The notes: generated by a model from the letters alone, not told the origin. DNA of 64,000 nt from Eledone cirrhosa (GCA_964016885.1 OZ024741.1:189100001-189164000), one strand, 5' to 3'. Positions 12,885-25,640 are shown, counted from the first letter of the stretch. Made by a program: numbers and translations.

Positions 12885-13166
12885 TTAGCGAGAATCGCAT
12901 TTTGGCGGGTAGAAATTGGTGAAACGCAACTTCTGTATTGTGCAGACAAGCGCTCCATGGATATGAAGATACCAGAGCTATAAACATAAGTTAAAATGGT
13001 CATACAAACTGAGACGATGGTTAAGAAGCCATTAACCACCTTATACTAAAAGAACGAACAAGCTAAACGGGTCAAACAAAATAGGATATGATTGAGTATA
13101 TTTTATATATATATATATATATTAATTCAAAATATTAACAAAAATAGAACTTCTTGTGATCAAGTA

Positions 13167-13233
13167 TATTTTATTATACATATTTCAGAGGTACTGAGCT
13201 AACTTCACGAGTACGTCCTCCTCAGATAAAATA
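13167..13233 (-). ncRNA. Type I hammerhead ribozyme motif (CTGAGGA core)
   Basis: Minus strand: TATTTTAT CTGAGGA GGACGTACT...AGTACCTCT GAAA TATGTAT A | ATAAAATA. Confidence 0.7.
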
Positions 13234-13336
13234 AGATGATGCATGACATACCCTGACATAGAAGATGGTTAAGATCCAGTCATGGTAGTCATGGATCTTA
13301 ACCATCTACTATGTCAGGGCATGTCATACATCATCT

Positions 13337-13403
13337 TATTTTATCTGATGAGGACGTATTGTTGAAGTTAGCTCAGTACCTCTGAAATATGTATAATAAA
13401 ATA
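13337..13403 (+). ncRNA. Type I hammerhead ribozyme motif (CTGATGA core)
   Basis: TATTTTAT CTGATGA(13345-13351) GGACGTATTG...CAGTACCTCT GAAA(13384-13387) TATGTAT A | ATAAAATA. 8-bp stem I, self-complementary stem III. Confidence 0.72.
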
Positions 13404-13564
13404 TACTTGATCACAAGAAGTTCTATTTTTGTTAATATTTTGAATTAATATTAATAACTCCGGAAAACCATATCTCTTGAGTGCTTCCAATCTATTGTAA
13501 AACTAATTCTTTGATTTATTCATTGAACCTTGTTTAACCTTTAAATATATATATATATATATAT

Positions 13565-14459
13565 ATACTATATTATATTTTGAGAATAAACTCTCAGTCG
13601 TTTACAATAATTAAGCTCCAGGAAAAGGGGCTCTTCCGAGCAGTAAAATATATTAAAATATATGATAAACACGAAATATGTTTACATTGCAACAGACAAA
13701 GTTAGCTATTAATGAAATAAACTAATTAAAGTGAATACAATTTGTCTGTCTCGATATAAGTCAATAAAGACAAGCTTATATTGGCAACGGCCATGATTCC
13801 TGGACAGATTTAAATTTCAAAATTCAAACCTGTTCTGTAGACGAATTTGAACCTCGAAACCCAAATCAGTTTCGCAATGGTGGTATGTGAATTGAAAAAT
13901 AAAGAGAATCGAAATGGAATAGAAATAAAAAAAGTGAAATATCCAAATCTTCTGTGCTTATCAACAGGAATCCAGTAAAATTAGTACATCTCACATCAAA
14001 AATTTTGCAGGTCTGACTACACGTGCGTAGGCAGGCCAAACTAGCCGTCCCACATTCACGGTGCTAGAAATAACAGCCGCTTATGCAGGATTAAAGATCA
14101 GCTCTACAATAAAGGAGCCATACACTATATTATATTTTGAGAATATACTCTCAGTCGTTTACAATAATTAAGCTCCAGGAAAAGGGGCTCTTCCGAGCAG
14201 TAAAATATATTAAAATATATGATAAACACGAAATGTGTTTACATTGCAACAGAAAAAGTTAGCTATTAATGAAATAAACTAATTAAAGTGAATACAATTT
14301 GTCTGTCTCGATATAAGTCAATAAAGACAAGCTTATATTGGCAACGGCCATGATTCCTGGACAGATTTAAAATTGTATTCACTTTAATTAGTTTATTTCA
14401 TTAATAGCTAACTTTGTCTGTTGCAATGTAAACACATTTCGTGTTTATCATATATTTTA

Positions 14460-14460
<1 letters not shown>
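13565..14460. repeat. ~250-bp direct duplication (13565-13812 / 14121-14371) followed by an inverted ~90-bp copy (14372-14460)
   Basis: Near-identical direct copies. 14372-14460 is the reverse complement of ~14209-14298. Bounded by (TA)n on both sides. Confidence 0.85.
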
Positions 14461-14495
<35 letters not shown>

Positions 14496-14536
14496 TTGTA
14501 TATATATGTGTGTGTGTGTATTATATATATATATAT

Positions 14537-14578
<42 letters not shown>

Positions 14579-14622
14579 TTGTATATATATGTGTGTGTGT
14601 ATTATATATATATATATACAAA

Positions 14623-14671
<49 letters not shown>

Positions 14672-14688
14672 GTGTATATGTGTGTGTG

Positions 14689-14773
<85 letters not shown>

Positions 14774-14834
14774 TTTGTATATATATGTGTATGTGTATAT
14801 ATATATACATATTTGTATATATATGTTTTTTTCT

Positions 14835-14868
<34 letters not shown>
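14461..14868. repeat. (TA)n/(TG)n compound microsatellite
   Basis: Direct inspection. Confidence 0.9.
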
Positions 14869-14870
<2 letters not shown>

Positions 14871-15280
14871 AGAAAAAAACTATTATTAGGAAGAAAAATA
14901 TATACCGTCCGTAGCCCTCCCCTTATATCTCATCCTCGTATCATCATCCCCATTCGCTGTCTCCTGTCCTTTATCTCTTCTCCTCTCACTTAATTTTTAT
15001 TTATTATTTTTTATCTTTTATCTGTTATTTGTTATTTTTTTATTTTTACTCTATTTCCTCTGAGATTTGACCACTACATATGTATGTATTTAATGTTTCT
15101 TTACATGCTATTGTTATCTCTACCTCATCACTACTTTACATATACACACTTACTCACCACTGTTACTTTAACTACCACCACCACCACTACTATTATCAGC
15201 AATCGTATTCTGTACTTATTTTTTACTTATTTTTTATATCTTTATCATCTTCATTCTAACTTCTTTATTATTATCTCTTA

Positions 15281-15466
15281 GTGGATTGGCAGTATCGGTA
15301 GAGGGTCGGACGCCATGCTTTGACGCATAGAGTTACGGCCCTTGCCATTCTGAGTTCAAATCCCGCCGAGGTTAACTTTGCCTTTCATCCTTATGGGGTC
15401 GATAAAATAAAGTACCAGTAATACACTGGGTAATTGCTGGCCTTGTGCCAAAAGTAGAAACAATTA
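15281..15466 (+). mobile_element. SINE family A, young near-full-length copy
   Basis: A-box-like tggcagtatcggt, B box gagttcaaatcc. Almost identical to 41521-41705 and 59217-59408. Confidence 0.88.
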
Positions 15467-15540
15467 TCTTTTATTATTGATGTTATTGTTCTGATTCTCC
15501 GATGTATCTATAAATACCAATGCCATGTGTTAAACCCTCC

Positions 15541-15653
15541 AGTATTCCGATGATTTGATCAGAGGCAAACACTGTATTTAAGGTCGAGTGACGCAACTTC
15601 GAGTGATTAGTAGCCTTTAGACTCACCTGATCAATGAAACAATTGTTAATACT
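15541..15653 (+). ncRNA. Hammerhead-like motif with extended stem II and a core variant (CCGATGA)
   Basis: AGTATT CCGATGA T-TTGATCAG...CTGATCAA-T GAAA CAATTG T T | AATACT. Stems I and II pair, stem III ACAATTGT is palindromic, U4 is replaced by C. Confidence 0.65.
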
Positions 15654-16014
15654 ATAAATAAAACCCTTTTTGTACAGCCGCCATGCTATTCTTCACTCTT
15701 TCACTACTATTTATATATATATATATATTTATTTATTTTAAAGTGTTTGATATTTGTGTAAAATCATTACATCATAATTTTATGAAAAAACATTTAACTT
15801 ATGTTCCAGATTAGAAAGTTAGTGATATTATTAAAATTAGAAAGTTAGTGATATTATTAAATTCTTTGAATTTAGTAATATAACTAAATTTTCGATTATT
15901 TTCGATTATTTTCAAAATCACTTGAAAATAATAAGCTGAAGCTTTAGAAATATGATATTGAAAGGTTTCATAATGTCTCTTTATTTCTTCTTTCTTCTTC
16001 ATTACTCCCTCAAG

Positions 16015-16148
16015 GCTTGGCCTGAAGATGCCCTGGAAAGAGTTGCAATGAAATATCTAAAAGATGTACAGATTAGCAAAGCCCACCGTGAAACAAGTGT
16101 TCAGATATGTAAATTCTTCCATCAGAGTGCTTGCGAGTTATCAGATGA
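16015..16148 (+). CDS. DNAH12: Dynein heavy chain exon 2 (AWPEDALERVA...ELSD)
   Basis: Pyrimidine tract + aag acceptor, gtaagt donor at 16149. 134 nt, ends in phase 2. Continues DWFQ-AWPEDAL. Confidence 0.9.
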
Positions 16149-17469
16149 GTAAGTAGAGGTGACATTTAGAGATCTTACATACATGTACACGTGTGCTCAC
16201 CCATATAAGTGAAAAAGAAAAAACGAATCCTCTGCCATTTGTTTGATTATTTGTATACCTACTCATTAAATCATTGTGTAATTGGCTGAGTATTCCATGG
16301 GCATGGAGAGACATGGACCTTGATATATTCCTAAGGTCAAATGATCAATGGATATAGGATAAACTGAAATATATGAAATTTTAATATAGGTATTCTTTTA
16401 TTCATTTATTGGTTTCAATCATTAGGCAGCAGCCATGCTGGGCACTGCCCCAACCCTTTACATTTACTCTATATTTACTGCTATATTTTCATGGTAAAGG
16501 CTTTATCTCACATAATATTGAATCTATGAGATTTTGATGTTATTTATTTTGAGAAGAATACCTTAACATCAGTAAAAGTGGCTAGTTACAGCCAGTTTGA
16601 ACACAGAAAGAGGTGAGGGAATTCTGGCCTGATACGGCTGGTTTAAATGCTAAAGGGTTAATTTACTTGATCATATCAATTCCAGCACTTATTTTACCAA
16701 TCCCTTTTTGTTGAGCTACTATGGGACAATGGGACATAAGGTGGTTGGCAATAGGAAAGGCATCCAACCACAGAAAACAAGGCCAAAAAATATATATAGT
16801 ACAATGGGCTTCTGAAATTTCCATCCACTAAATTCCACTCACAAGGTGTTGTTTAACCCAAGACTATAGAAGATACTTGCCCATGGTGACATGCAGCAAG
16901 ACTGAACTGGTTACTAAGTGAACTCCTTAACCACTCAGACATGCCTTTGCCTTTATTTGTATTCCTACAAATTTGAATTATAAACCTCAATGAAAGAAGT
17001 AAACAAGTATAAGCAGATTCTTATATCTCTCTATAGGTAGAAAACTATTAGAATTGTCTTTATATGTTTATCTTCTGAGAGATCAATAAATTGATTATGG
17101 ATTTAATTATATTCTCCTTCAAAATTTGTATTTATGTCAGATCTTATTCAGAATTCTAAGTTATTACTCTTCCAACTGTGTTGAAGGACCATGTCTCATT
17201 TGTACATTTATTTAGCATGGTTTTTATGGCCAGTTGCCCTTCCTAACACCAACCACTTTACAGAGTGTGCTGGGTACATTTTATCATGACACCAGCGCTA
17301 GAAAATTTGTCATGTCTCAAACAAGACTAAAGTGTCTTCTCTGCCTTACATTGTCACCATTTCATTGTTACCCCCTTTACAGAGTGTATTGGTTGCATAT
17401 TATCATAGCGCTAACACTAGAAAATTGCCTTGTCATCAACATGACTAAAGAGTCCTCATTACTTTAAGT

Positions 17470-17842
17470 GGGCGGTGGTTTGGCAGTCTCGGTAGAGCGT
17501 CAGACACCATGCTTCGCAGCATAGTTATGGACCTTTGCGTTCTGAGTTCAAATCTGCCGAGGTTAACTTTGCCTTTCATCATTACGATCTCTATAAAATA
17601 AAGTACCAGTGATAAACTGGGGTAATCGCTGGCCTAGTGCCAAAAGTAGAAACTCTAGGGTGGTGGATTGGCATTATTGGTAGAGAGTCGGACGCCATGC
17701 TTTCCAGCATAGTTACCTTCCTTTACGGTCTGAGTTCAAATCCCGCCGAGGTTAACTTTGCCTTTCATCCTTATGGGGTCGATAAATAAAGTACCAGTAA
17801 TGTACTGGGTAATTGCTGGCCTTGTGCCAAAAGTAGAAACAG
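17470..17842 (+). mobile_element. Head-to-tail dimer of SINE family A
   Basis: Two ~185-bp copies joined at ~17656. Confidence 0.85.
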
Positions 17843-18002
17843 TTACTTTAAGTGATCTCTGTTCTTTCAAAGCAAACATGACTGAGGGTCTGAAAGATAG
17901 GAAATTGATGATCAAATTGGTAATAGAAGTTTTAGTTTGGGTGTGATAGGAGTATATTATTAATTTACCTGCTGCAGTATTAATATTATAGTAGAATATA
18001 TG

Positions 18003-18245
18003 CTCCCAGTACACTCTGTAAACTGGTTAGTATTAGGAAGGGCATGCAGTTATAGAAACCATGCTCCTAGTATATGCTGTAAAATGGTTGGTGTTAGGAA
18101 GGGCATCTAGCCATAGAAACCAAGTCAAAACAATGTGTATGAGCAAGACCTAGGCACCTGACCAGTCTGACCTCAGCACATGACAGCTGCCTAACCCATG
18201 TAAGTATGAAAACTATATGTTAAACTGTGATGATGATCATCATGT
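18003..18245 (+). mobile_element. Family B element with duplicated 5' module
   Basis: ttaggaagggcat..agaaacc occurs twice; (GAT)n tail. Confidence 0.65.
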
Positions 18246-18254
18246 TCATGATAC

Positions 18255-18545
18255 TGGCCAGTTGGTTAAGTAGTTCACTTCACACTCATGAGGTTCTGTG
18301 TTTGGTCCCACTGCAAGGCATCTTGAGAATGTGTCTTTTTTTTCCATAGACCCAGGTCTGCCGAAGCCTTGTGAGTGAAGTTGGGTATACGGAAACTATA
18401 GAAAAGCTTGTCAGATGGAATATGCCTGTAATTGAAATGATCAGTTTTGTCACACTGTGACACATAGAATCTCTGAGAATGACATTAAGGGTGCAAGTCT
18501 ATGGAATACTCAGCCACTTACACATTAATTTAATGCATAAAACAT
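18255..18545 (+). mobile_element. SINE family C, diverged
   Basis: tRNA-like head, and a 3' part similar to the reverse complement of 26190-26290. Confidence 0.5.
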
Positions 18546-18603
18546 TCATTTTCAAAACTCACGGAGGTCCATTAATGTTTATCTAATTTGAAATACATTT
18601 CAG

Positions 18604-18766
18604 ATTTCTTGCGCAATTGGGACGGCATAATTATGTCACTCCAACATCTTACTTGGAATTGATCAATGCTTTTCGAAGTCTACTGACTCAGAAGCAAGAA
18701 GAAATAATGTCTGCCAAGAATAGATACGTCACTGGTTTAGATAAGCTGAAGTTTGCAGCTGAACAG
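18604..18766 (+). CDS. DNAH12: Dynein heavy chain exon 3 (FLAQLGRHNYVTPTSYLELI...GLDKLKFAAEQ)
   Basis: tttcag acceptor, gtaaac donor at 18767. The first base completes the split codon GA+A. Conserved YVTPTSYLELI motif at the stalk base. Confidence 0.92.
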
Positions 18767-20239
18767 GTAAACATTACTTTAGATCTAATGCAGGCCCATC
18801 ACCTGGCTTTATTGCTAAGCTGAGGTCAGAACATTCTGGGTGGCTACTCTTTTGCAAGGAACATATTTCAGGATGTTTTATATAAACTCTATTTTCTATA
18901 GCTGAGGATATTATTTAAAAGATGGGAGGTGGAGCAGTTACATCCAGTGCTACCTCTTGGTAACAGGCCTGATTTGATGCTTGTTTAGTTGCTCTCAGAT
19001 GGGCTCTGAATAGTCAGAGAAGACTTATGATTAAAGGCATTCCATCTTTTCTTTATATCAGGCCCTATCTTCACCTTTGTTATTCAATGTGTTCTTCCTT
19101 TTTCCTAAAATAATAGGGTTTGATTATTGTGAGATTTGGCTGCTATTTCTAGTAGGCTGAGTGACCATGTAGAAGCTTCCTTGTTATGCAATGTTATCAG
19201 CTGAAATTTTTTAGCAGAAGATAGCAAATTGGCAGAGTTGTTAGGACATTAGATAGAATTCTTACAAAATACATTTCAGCTCCCTGCTCTCAATGCTGAG
19301 GTAAACTTTGCTTTTCATCCTTTCAGGGTTAATAAATAAAGTAACCAGTCAAAGCTGGATCAATCTGTCTTTCTGTCCCTCTTTTTTGCTTTCTACTTGT
19401 AATTCAAAAGTTCAGTCATGTCATAGTGTCATACTGATATACTTATTTACCCTGAGAATTATATTAGGTGTATATGTGACAAAACAGAAACTAATACAGG
19501 ATTGAAACAGGCCCCGAATCAATTTGAGTCAGGGTTGATCATATATGTAGAGTCAGTAGTAAGGTAACTTAAATTCACCAGCCAAGAAAACATCCCTACC
19601 ACACTATTTGTCTCTTGAACAATCATCAACAACAGCCACTCAGTGAAAATTCTTTTAATGGTTTTTCTGCTTGAGGTTCAAAGTTCTTGTAATTGTTGGA
19701 CCATATAAAATTCAATTATTTTCTCCTTGTTCTAGAAAGACATAATAGGTTTTTTTTTAATGTAAGTTAAAGAAGCTATCAACAATGCAAAGATTATTTT
19801 AGTTTTTTTTAAAATAAATCCAATTATGTTCTTGTCATTATGCAGTCAACCTAGACCAAAATGAACTCAATCTTAATCCCTGTTTTGTGACATATTGAAT
19901 CTGTAAGCTCAACATATTGACAGATTGAAATGAATATGATATTTTTTCTCTACTTAAAAAAGTAAAAATCTCATTGTTGCTAAGCAGAGTGTGTTTGGTG
20001 CTATAAATGCCATCATCATTATCATCATCATAGTTTAACGTCTGCTTTTCCTTCTAGCAAATGTTGAATGGTACTGACACCACAATGGGCCAAGAGCCTA
20101 CATCTTGCTTTTGTTCTTGCACCCTACCAAATGCTCAGACAGGCCTGTGGCCTGGCACTTATATATGATCACACACATTACCAAGTATATTTTACTGTGA
20201 CACCAGTCCACATTGTAAAGTAGTCATGTAAGCATCATG

Positions 20240-20432
20240 ACAAAAAGCACCCAGTACTTACTGTAAATGATGTTGGCATTAGGAAGGGCATCAAGCTGTA
20301 GAAACCATGCCAAAATTAGTTCTGTATGAGCAAGACATGGTCACCTGACCTAGCATTGCCCACAACAGGACAACTCGTCTAACCCATGCTAGTGTGGAAA
20401 ATGGACGTAAAACGTTGATGATGATGATGACA
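20240..20432 (+). mobile_element. Family B element
   Basis: gttggcattaggaagggcatc...aacccatgctagtgtggaaaatggacgtaaaacg(gat)n. Confidence 0.75.
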
Positions 20433-21961
20433 TCAACACTAGGGAGATTGTGATGTCCTTGACATGGCTGAAGAGTCCTCCAAACTCTTTGTTTGGTGGG
20501 TTTTCTACAATTGGATGCTTTTTCTATCACCAACCATTTTACAGGTGTATATTGGAGTAAATCTAGGTTTTTAACTAACACTATGTGCATGTAATTAAAC
20601 TAAATTAAATACATTAGACAATTCTCTATAACATGCAATCTTTTTGTGAACAAAGAAAGAGGGTTTAGTTTAATTAGTTTCAGTTCTTTTTGGTGATCTC
20701 TTCAGGAAACGAGTTCCTATCTGTAACTGTATGCATAGTTATTGTGTATTTACAGTCACTAGAATTAAGGCCTTTACTAAATAGTAAAATCAATCCTTGT
20801 TTTGCAATATGCTACTTAAAAGAAGAGAGACAATACCCATCACTTTTGTAGTTCAGTTCACTCATAGACTAATGAGACTAATGTGTCTGATGTGTCTGAT
20901 GTCCAGCTCACTGGTCTGTTTCTGTTGGGTAAATATAGATAGGAGTATGGGAGAGTGTATGTGCTTCTGGTCTGAATTCTTGCAAGTATCATCACCACTA
21001 CTATCATCTTAATAACCATTGTTTCAGATGGTCACAATTTTCTTCCATCAATTACAGATTTCATAATCAATTGAGCACCCACATTCAGGATATTAGCTCA
21101 GGCCATCATCAAGATTTGAAACCCTATCTGAAATTTGAACCCAGAATGCTAGATTAAATACTATAAGGCATACTATAAGGCACCTGGTACTTTAATAATT
21201 TCGTCAATCTACCTCCTAAGATTGGTACTTTATTTATTGACACAGATATGATAAAAGGTAAAGTTGACCTGAGTGGGATTTGAACTCAGAGTGTAGACAG
21301 CCAGAACAAATACTACAAGGCATTCTATCCAATGCTTTAATGACTTTGTCAATTCACCACCTGAGAATGGTCTCTGTTAAGGCACCCAAGTATCAGGCAG
21401 TGGTATTGTTGTTTAACCCTGATTGAATAGGGCTAATCAAAGGCATTCCAAATATAGCCATACTTTCTTTATTTTTCTACTACTATTTTTCTGACTACAT
21501 TATCTATTGTATCCTTCCATTTTTAACCCTTTTGATATGAAACTACTCCTAGATTCATGATACAAAACTGTTCATTTTAAAATGTTTGTTCTTATATTAA
21601 AACATTCCATCATAATTTTATTTAGGACATTTTTTAGTAATATTATAAATGTCAGCTTACTAATGAAAAACTTAGTTATTTTATTACATTCCTTCTAATA
21701 TTTAGTTTTCAAAATTAATTAAAACACATAATTAGCATGTTTCATAGAAATGTGGTAAGGAAAAAATTCAATTGGTAGTATGATTTGAAAGCGATTTGGC
21801 TGCTATTTCTAAACAGGTCTAATGCCCGTATAGTGGCTTTATCATTAGCTTTTGGTAGTAAAAAGGATAGTGTATTAGAATTGTACAACAAAACAATTAA
21901 ATTTGTGTTGTGGTTATTGTCATTGTTATCATTGTTATAGTAGTGGTAGCATTGTTTTATA

Positions 21962-22278
21962 TAGAGTGTACCCCCGGCATTCGTGGAATTTTCCTTGGAA
22001 CCTAACTAATAATCATTCATGGAAACCACTACATATTCGCGGAATCGTAAATATATTCTGCGATTTTTTAATAGTTTTTTTCATGGCAATATATATTTTT
22101 TCATGCTTTTTAATGCTAAGTTATTAATAACAATATACCGTATTTGCCAGCCTATATTTTATATGATATTTTTACATTTATAGGCATTTTTATAGACCCC
22201 GTCCAATATTTGCAGTATTTTACTCTTCGCAGGTGCTCTAGGAATGTATATCTCCCATGAACACCGGGGTGACAACTG
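21962..22278. mobile_element. pogo/Tigger-like MITE
   Basis: Imperfect TIRs (tagagtgtacccccggcattcgtgg / reverse complement cagttgtcaccccggtgttcatgg), TA on both sides, no ORF. Ends 44 nt before exon 4. Confidence 0.55.
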
Positions 22279-22322
22279 TATTTTCTATATTTCATTTTTA
22301 TTTTATTTTTTCCAATTTCCAG

Positions 22323-22580
22323 ATTGCCACAATGCAGACTCAGCTAGAAGATTTACAGCCAGCACTGCTGAAGTCTTCGGAAGAAGCTGAAGAAATGATT
22401 CAAGTGATTAAGAAGGAATCTACCGAGGTGGAGATCACCACGAAGACTGTTAAAGCTGATGAAGCTGTTGCAAATACACAAGCAGCAGAGTCAAAAGCAT
22501 TGAAGGATGAATGTGAGGCTGAACTGGCTGAGGCTATTCCAGTCTTGGAGGCTGCCCAAGCAGCACTGGACACTCTAAAG
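22323..22580 (+). CDS. DNAH12: Dynein heavy chain exon 4, stalk coiled coil 1 (IATMQTQLEDLQP...EAAQAALDTLK)
   Basis: ttccag acceptor, gt donor at 22581. 258 nt, phase 0-0. Heptad-rich, ending in ECEAELAEAIPVLEAA. Confidence 0.9.
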
Positions 22581-22841
22581 GTCTTTTTAATTAATTTATC
22601 TATTCTTTTACTTTTCCTTTTTTCTTTTTCCATGCCATCCCATCCTTATCATAATGGTTGCAGGTATGGCTGCAGAGTTAAAAAGTTTAATTTGTAACCA
22701 CATAGTATAAGATTCAGTCTCACTTCACAGCACCATGGGTAAATATTTTTTAATGGTCGGGCTCCAAAACTATGGTTCTGTTGTGAGACAGGTTTGGCAC
22801 AACCAACTGGCCTGTTCCTCCTCATGACGGAGCCATCCAGT

Positions 22842-23015
22842 CTCACACTGTAAATGTAGTTGGTGTTAGGAAGGGCATCCAGCTGTAAAATACCAGGCCA
22901 AATTTACAGTCCTCGCCAGAGCAAGGTGCGACATGGCCAACCATGGCCAGACTTGCCTCCCGGGCATAGACGACCCATCTAACCCATGCAAGCATGGAAG
23001 AATTGATTCTAAATG
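22842..23015 (+). mobile_element. Family B element
   Basis: cacactgtaaatgtagttggtgttaggaagggcatccagctg...aacccatgcaagcatggaa. Confidence 0.7.
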
Positions 23016-24096
23016 GAAATGGTGATAATTAAATGATAGCCTTGGATTTATTGATAACTGGAAATAAATGGAAACAGTGCAGAAGCCTGTTGTGTTTGTG
23101 TGTCTGTGTTTATATATATTATCTCAGTAGTACTAACATAACACAATTCATAATAGAGGTGTATACAATACGTTTGTGTATAATAAACATATGTCAGTCT
23201 TGCTATAAATGTTTTAAGCTGTAATCATGCCACAGCTATCTCATTAGCCAAGTGAGAATGCTAGATGCTAGCATTTCAGGATTTTTATCCATTATCTATG
23301 ACATTTACTCACTTGGTACTGAGACAAGAATAAACTGTAGCTTATATACTTTGCATATAAAACATCTGCTGGTGATGCTCATTTGCATATATTGGGTTGT
23401 AACATAAATTCCCGCCATTGTTATAAAACTTCTTAATAAAAAACGGCGGGAATTTATGTTACAACCCAATAGATATATATATTCACACATGTACATATCA
23501 TCATTATACATCCACTTTTCCATGCTGGTATGGGTTCAACAGGTTGTTACAGATCAATTCAGTTCTTAATCAGAGCTGTTGTCCTCCTAGACAGGTTGAG
23601 GGACCATGCCTGGCTCAGGTATGTTTTAATTTAGCTTATTTTCTATGGTGAGATGTCCTTTCTTGTGCCCTAGACTGGTACTTTATTTTGTTGCCTCTGA
23701 AAGGATGAAAGGCAAAATTAACTTCAGCTGTATTTGAACTAAGTGTAAACAGTTGAAACATTTTGTTTTACAACCTAAAAATCATTGCAAACTCACCACA
23801 TCTTGCCAACACCACCAATCTTTTATCATTGCTAATTTCTACATCAATCAATTTGTATGTGATATTAACTTTTAACATCCTATATCACTTGAAATTGGGT
23901 TAGCAACAATACTGAAAATGTCTAAATCAGAAATATGACTGCAATTATTAAAAATACAAATATTACAAATTTGTACAAATATTTGTATCTAGTAAAGATG
24001 CCACCAATATTTGAATTAATAAACCCATTTTTAGATAGTGTTAGGATGTTAAATGTTAAATGATATCTGACCGTTTCACTAAATTTGATATTGCAG

Positions 24097-24222
24097 CCAT
24101 CTGATATCACTATTGTAAAGTCAATGAAGAGTCCTCCAGCTGGTGTGAAACTAGTCATGGCAGCGGTCTGTGTCATGAAAGATATTAAACCAGAGAAAGT
24201 GGCAGATGGCACTGGCAGAAAG
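24097..24222 (+). CDS. DNAH12: Dynein heavy chain exon 5, microtubule-binding domain start (PSDITIVKSMKSPPAGVKLVMAAVCVM...GTGRK)
   Basis: ttgcag acceptor, gtaagg donor at 24223. 126 nt, phase 0-0. Confidence 0.92.
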
Positions 24223-24359
24223 GTAAGGTTTTTACCTCGATTTGTATGTGTGGATGAATGTTTTGTCTTTTTCTTGTAATTTTCAGTTTATTTTTGACCA
24301 GCCATCTTCCCAGTGCTAATGTTGTAAAGAAAAGGAAATTTCTGTTATCTCCTGTGTAA

Positions 24360-25640
24360 TTGTTTATCCTTTGAATCGTACATATGTTTTATAGATTTTG
24401 AAGGTTCCAGATATCATGACTATTTGTAGCTTATGAATTAAGGAGCTGTATTCTTTCATCAAGAATCCAAGTTCAGTCATACTTTGGTCAAGGAAAGTTG
24501 GTATATATCCTGTAGCTCTAATAATAATGCATATGAAACTGAATGTGTATTCTGGGTCCTGGACATACAAACTTGTCATCAATGGTCTGTAGATATCGCC
24601 CTTCTCTTGTATCTTTCTTACTACATTGATATCGACTTCTACAACAGAGCATGTTTTTAATCTGTGGTCCCCAAAAACATGAGGCTGGTTGTATTTTAAT
24701 TTGGTGGCAGTTACTTTTAGGTTCTACCAATATACCTTCGAGCTATCAGTCTCAATATATTAATCTCTATTCATTGTTATTTTTGTCTTCCTTAGTGCAT
24801 TCCAGATTGTTCTGGTTACTATATCTCATAGGGATATTGTAACGAGACACTTTTTTAAAGTTGGCAACAATGTAGCTAACATCTTTCATCTTTGTTTTAC
24901 ATAGCCTACATTTATAGTCAACTGATGGCTTTCTTTAATTGAGCATTAGGTACTTGGTGGGATTTTATGAACTTGTTAGAACTCTATGTCAGGCTTTTTT
25001 AGCGTGGTTTATCCCCTCAATGGCCTGAATTTTTCATTTAAAGTATCTGTGGGGTGGCCATGGGGGGGGGGATATTACCAAAAGTTGGGGGACGCCTGAC
25101 CAGAACGTAAGAATGAGTGACGTCAAACGTGTGTTGACGGGCTACTCCCTGGTGCCCTTGTGCTAGCAATTCGCGTGATCTGCAGGCATGTTGTGTGAAC
25201 GCAGACTGAGTTGGATGTACCACACGTGGAAGGTGGAACGACTCTGCCCAAAGTGATTCGAAGATGCAAGGTAAGTCCAAATGCCTCTGGCTACATATCC
25301 ATAAAAAACCTTCTCAGTGAACTGGTCTGTTTCTTTTTATTTTGTTGAAGCATAGAGTTTTCCAATGTTCCTGGGAGAGTGATCTGTGTCAGCTTTTAGT
25401 TCATGTCTCTCTTTTAGTTCAATGTCTATCCTAACAATATTGTTATCTTCATATTCATAAACCTGGGTGACATTATTGCTTTCCTTTCTCTCCTGTTGAA
25501 GATATTGCTTCAGTGTCACTATCTTGATCTCACAAGAAGGTATTGTTCTCTTTGTCAATATTTGAGCAATCATTCACCCTTTAATTTTAAGATGGTCATG
25601 CACATTTCTATTGTCCCAGATAGCATAATCATCTGTAATT
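24360..25640 (-). mobile_element. Highly decayed LINE with a restriction-like endonuclease (R4-like)
   Basis: Hand translation YW*NLKVTATKLKYNQPHV..D..LKTCSVVEVDINVVRKIQEKGDIYRPL...PEYTFSFICIIIRATGYIP resembles the RLE domain. Upper boundary uncertain. Confidence 0.5.

Larger units (their letters stand above)
13119..13451. mobile_element. Fold-back element (160-bp arms, 13-nt spacer) with two outward-facing hammerheads; Penelope-like terminus or retrozyme-like
   Basis: 13119-13278 is the near-exact reverse complement of 13292-13451. Abuts (TA)n on the left. Confidence 0.8.

Noticed and set aside
6338-14993. YI/IY-repeat ORFs (also at 47.6-48.2 kb and 53.1-53.6 kb)
   Set aside because: Translations of (TA)n microsatellites.
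15281-15370. tRNA gene (A and B boxes)
   Set aside because: No cloverleaf; it is the head of a multi-copy SINE.
16022-16046. CTGAAGA...GAAA in dynein exon 2
   Set aside because: No pairing stems; explained by the PEDALER codons.
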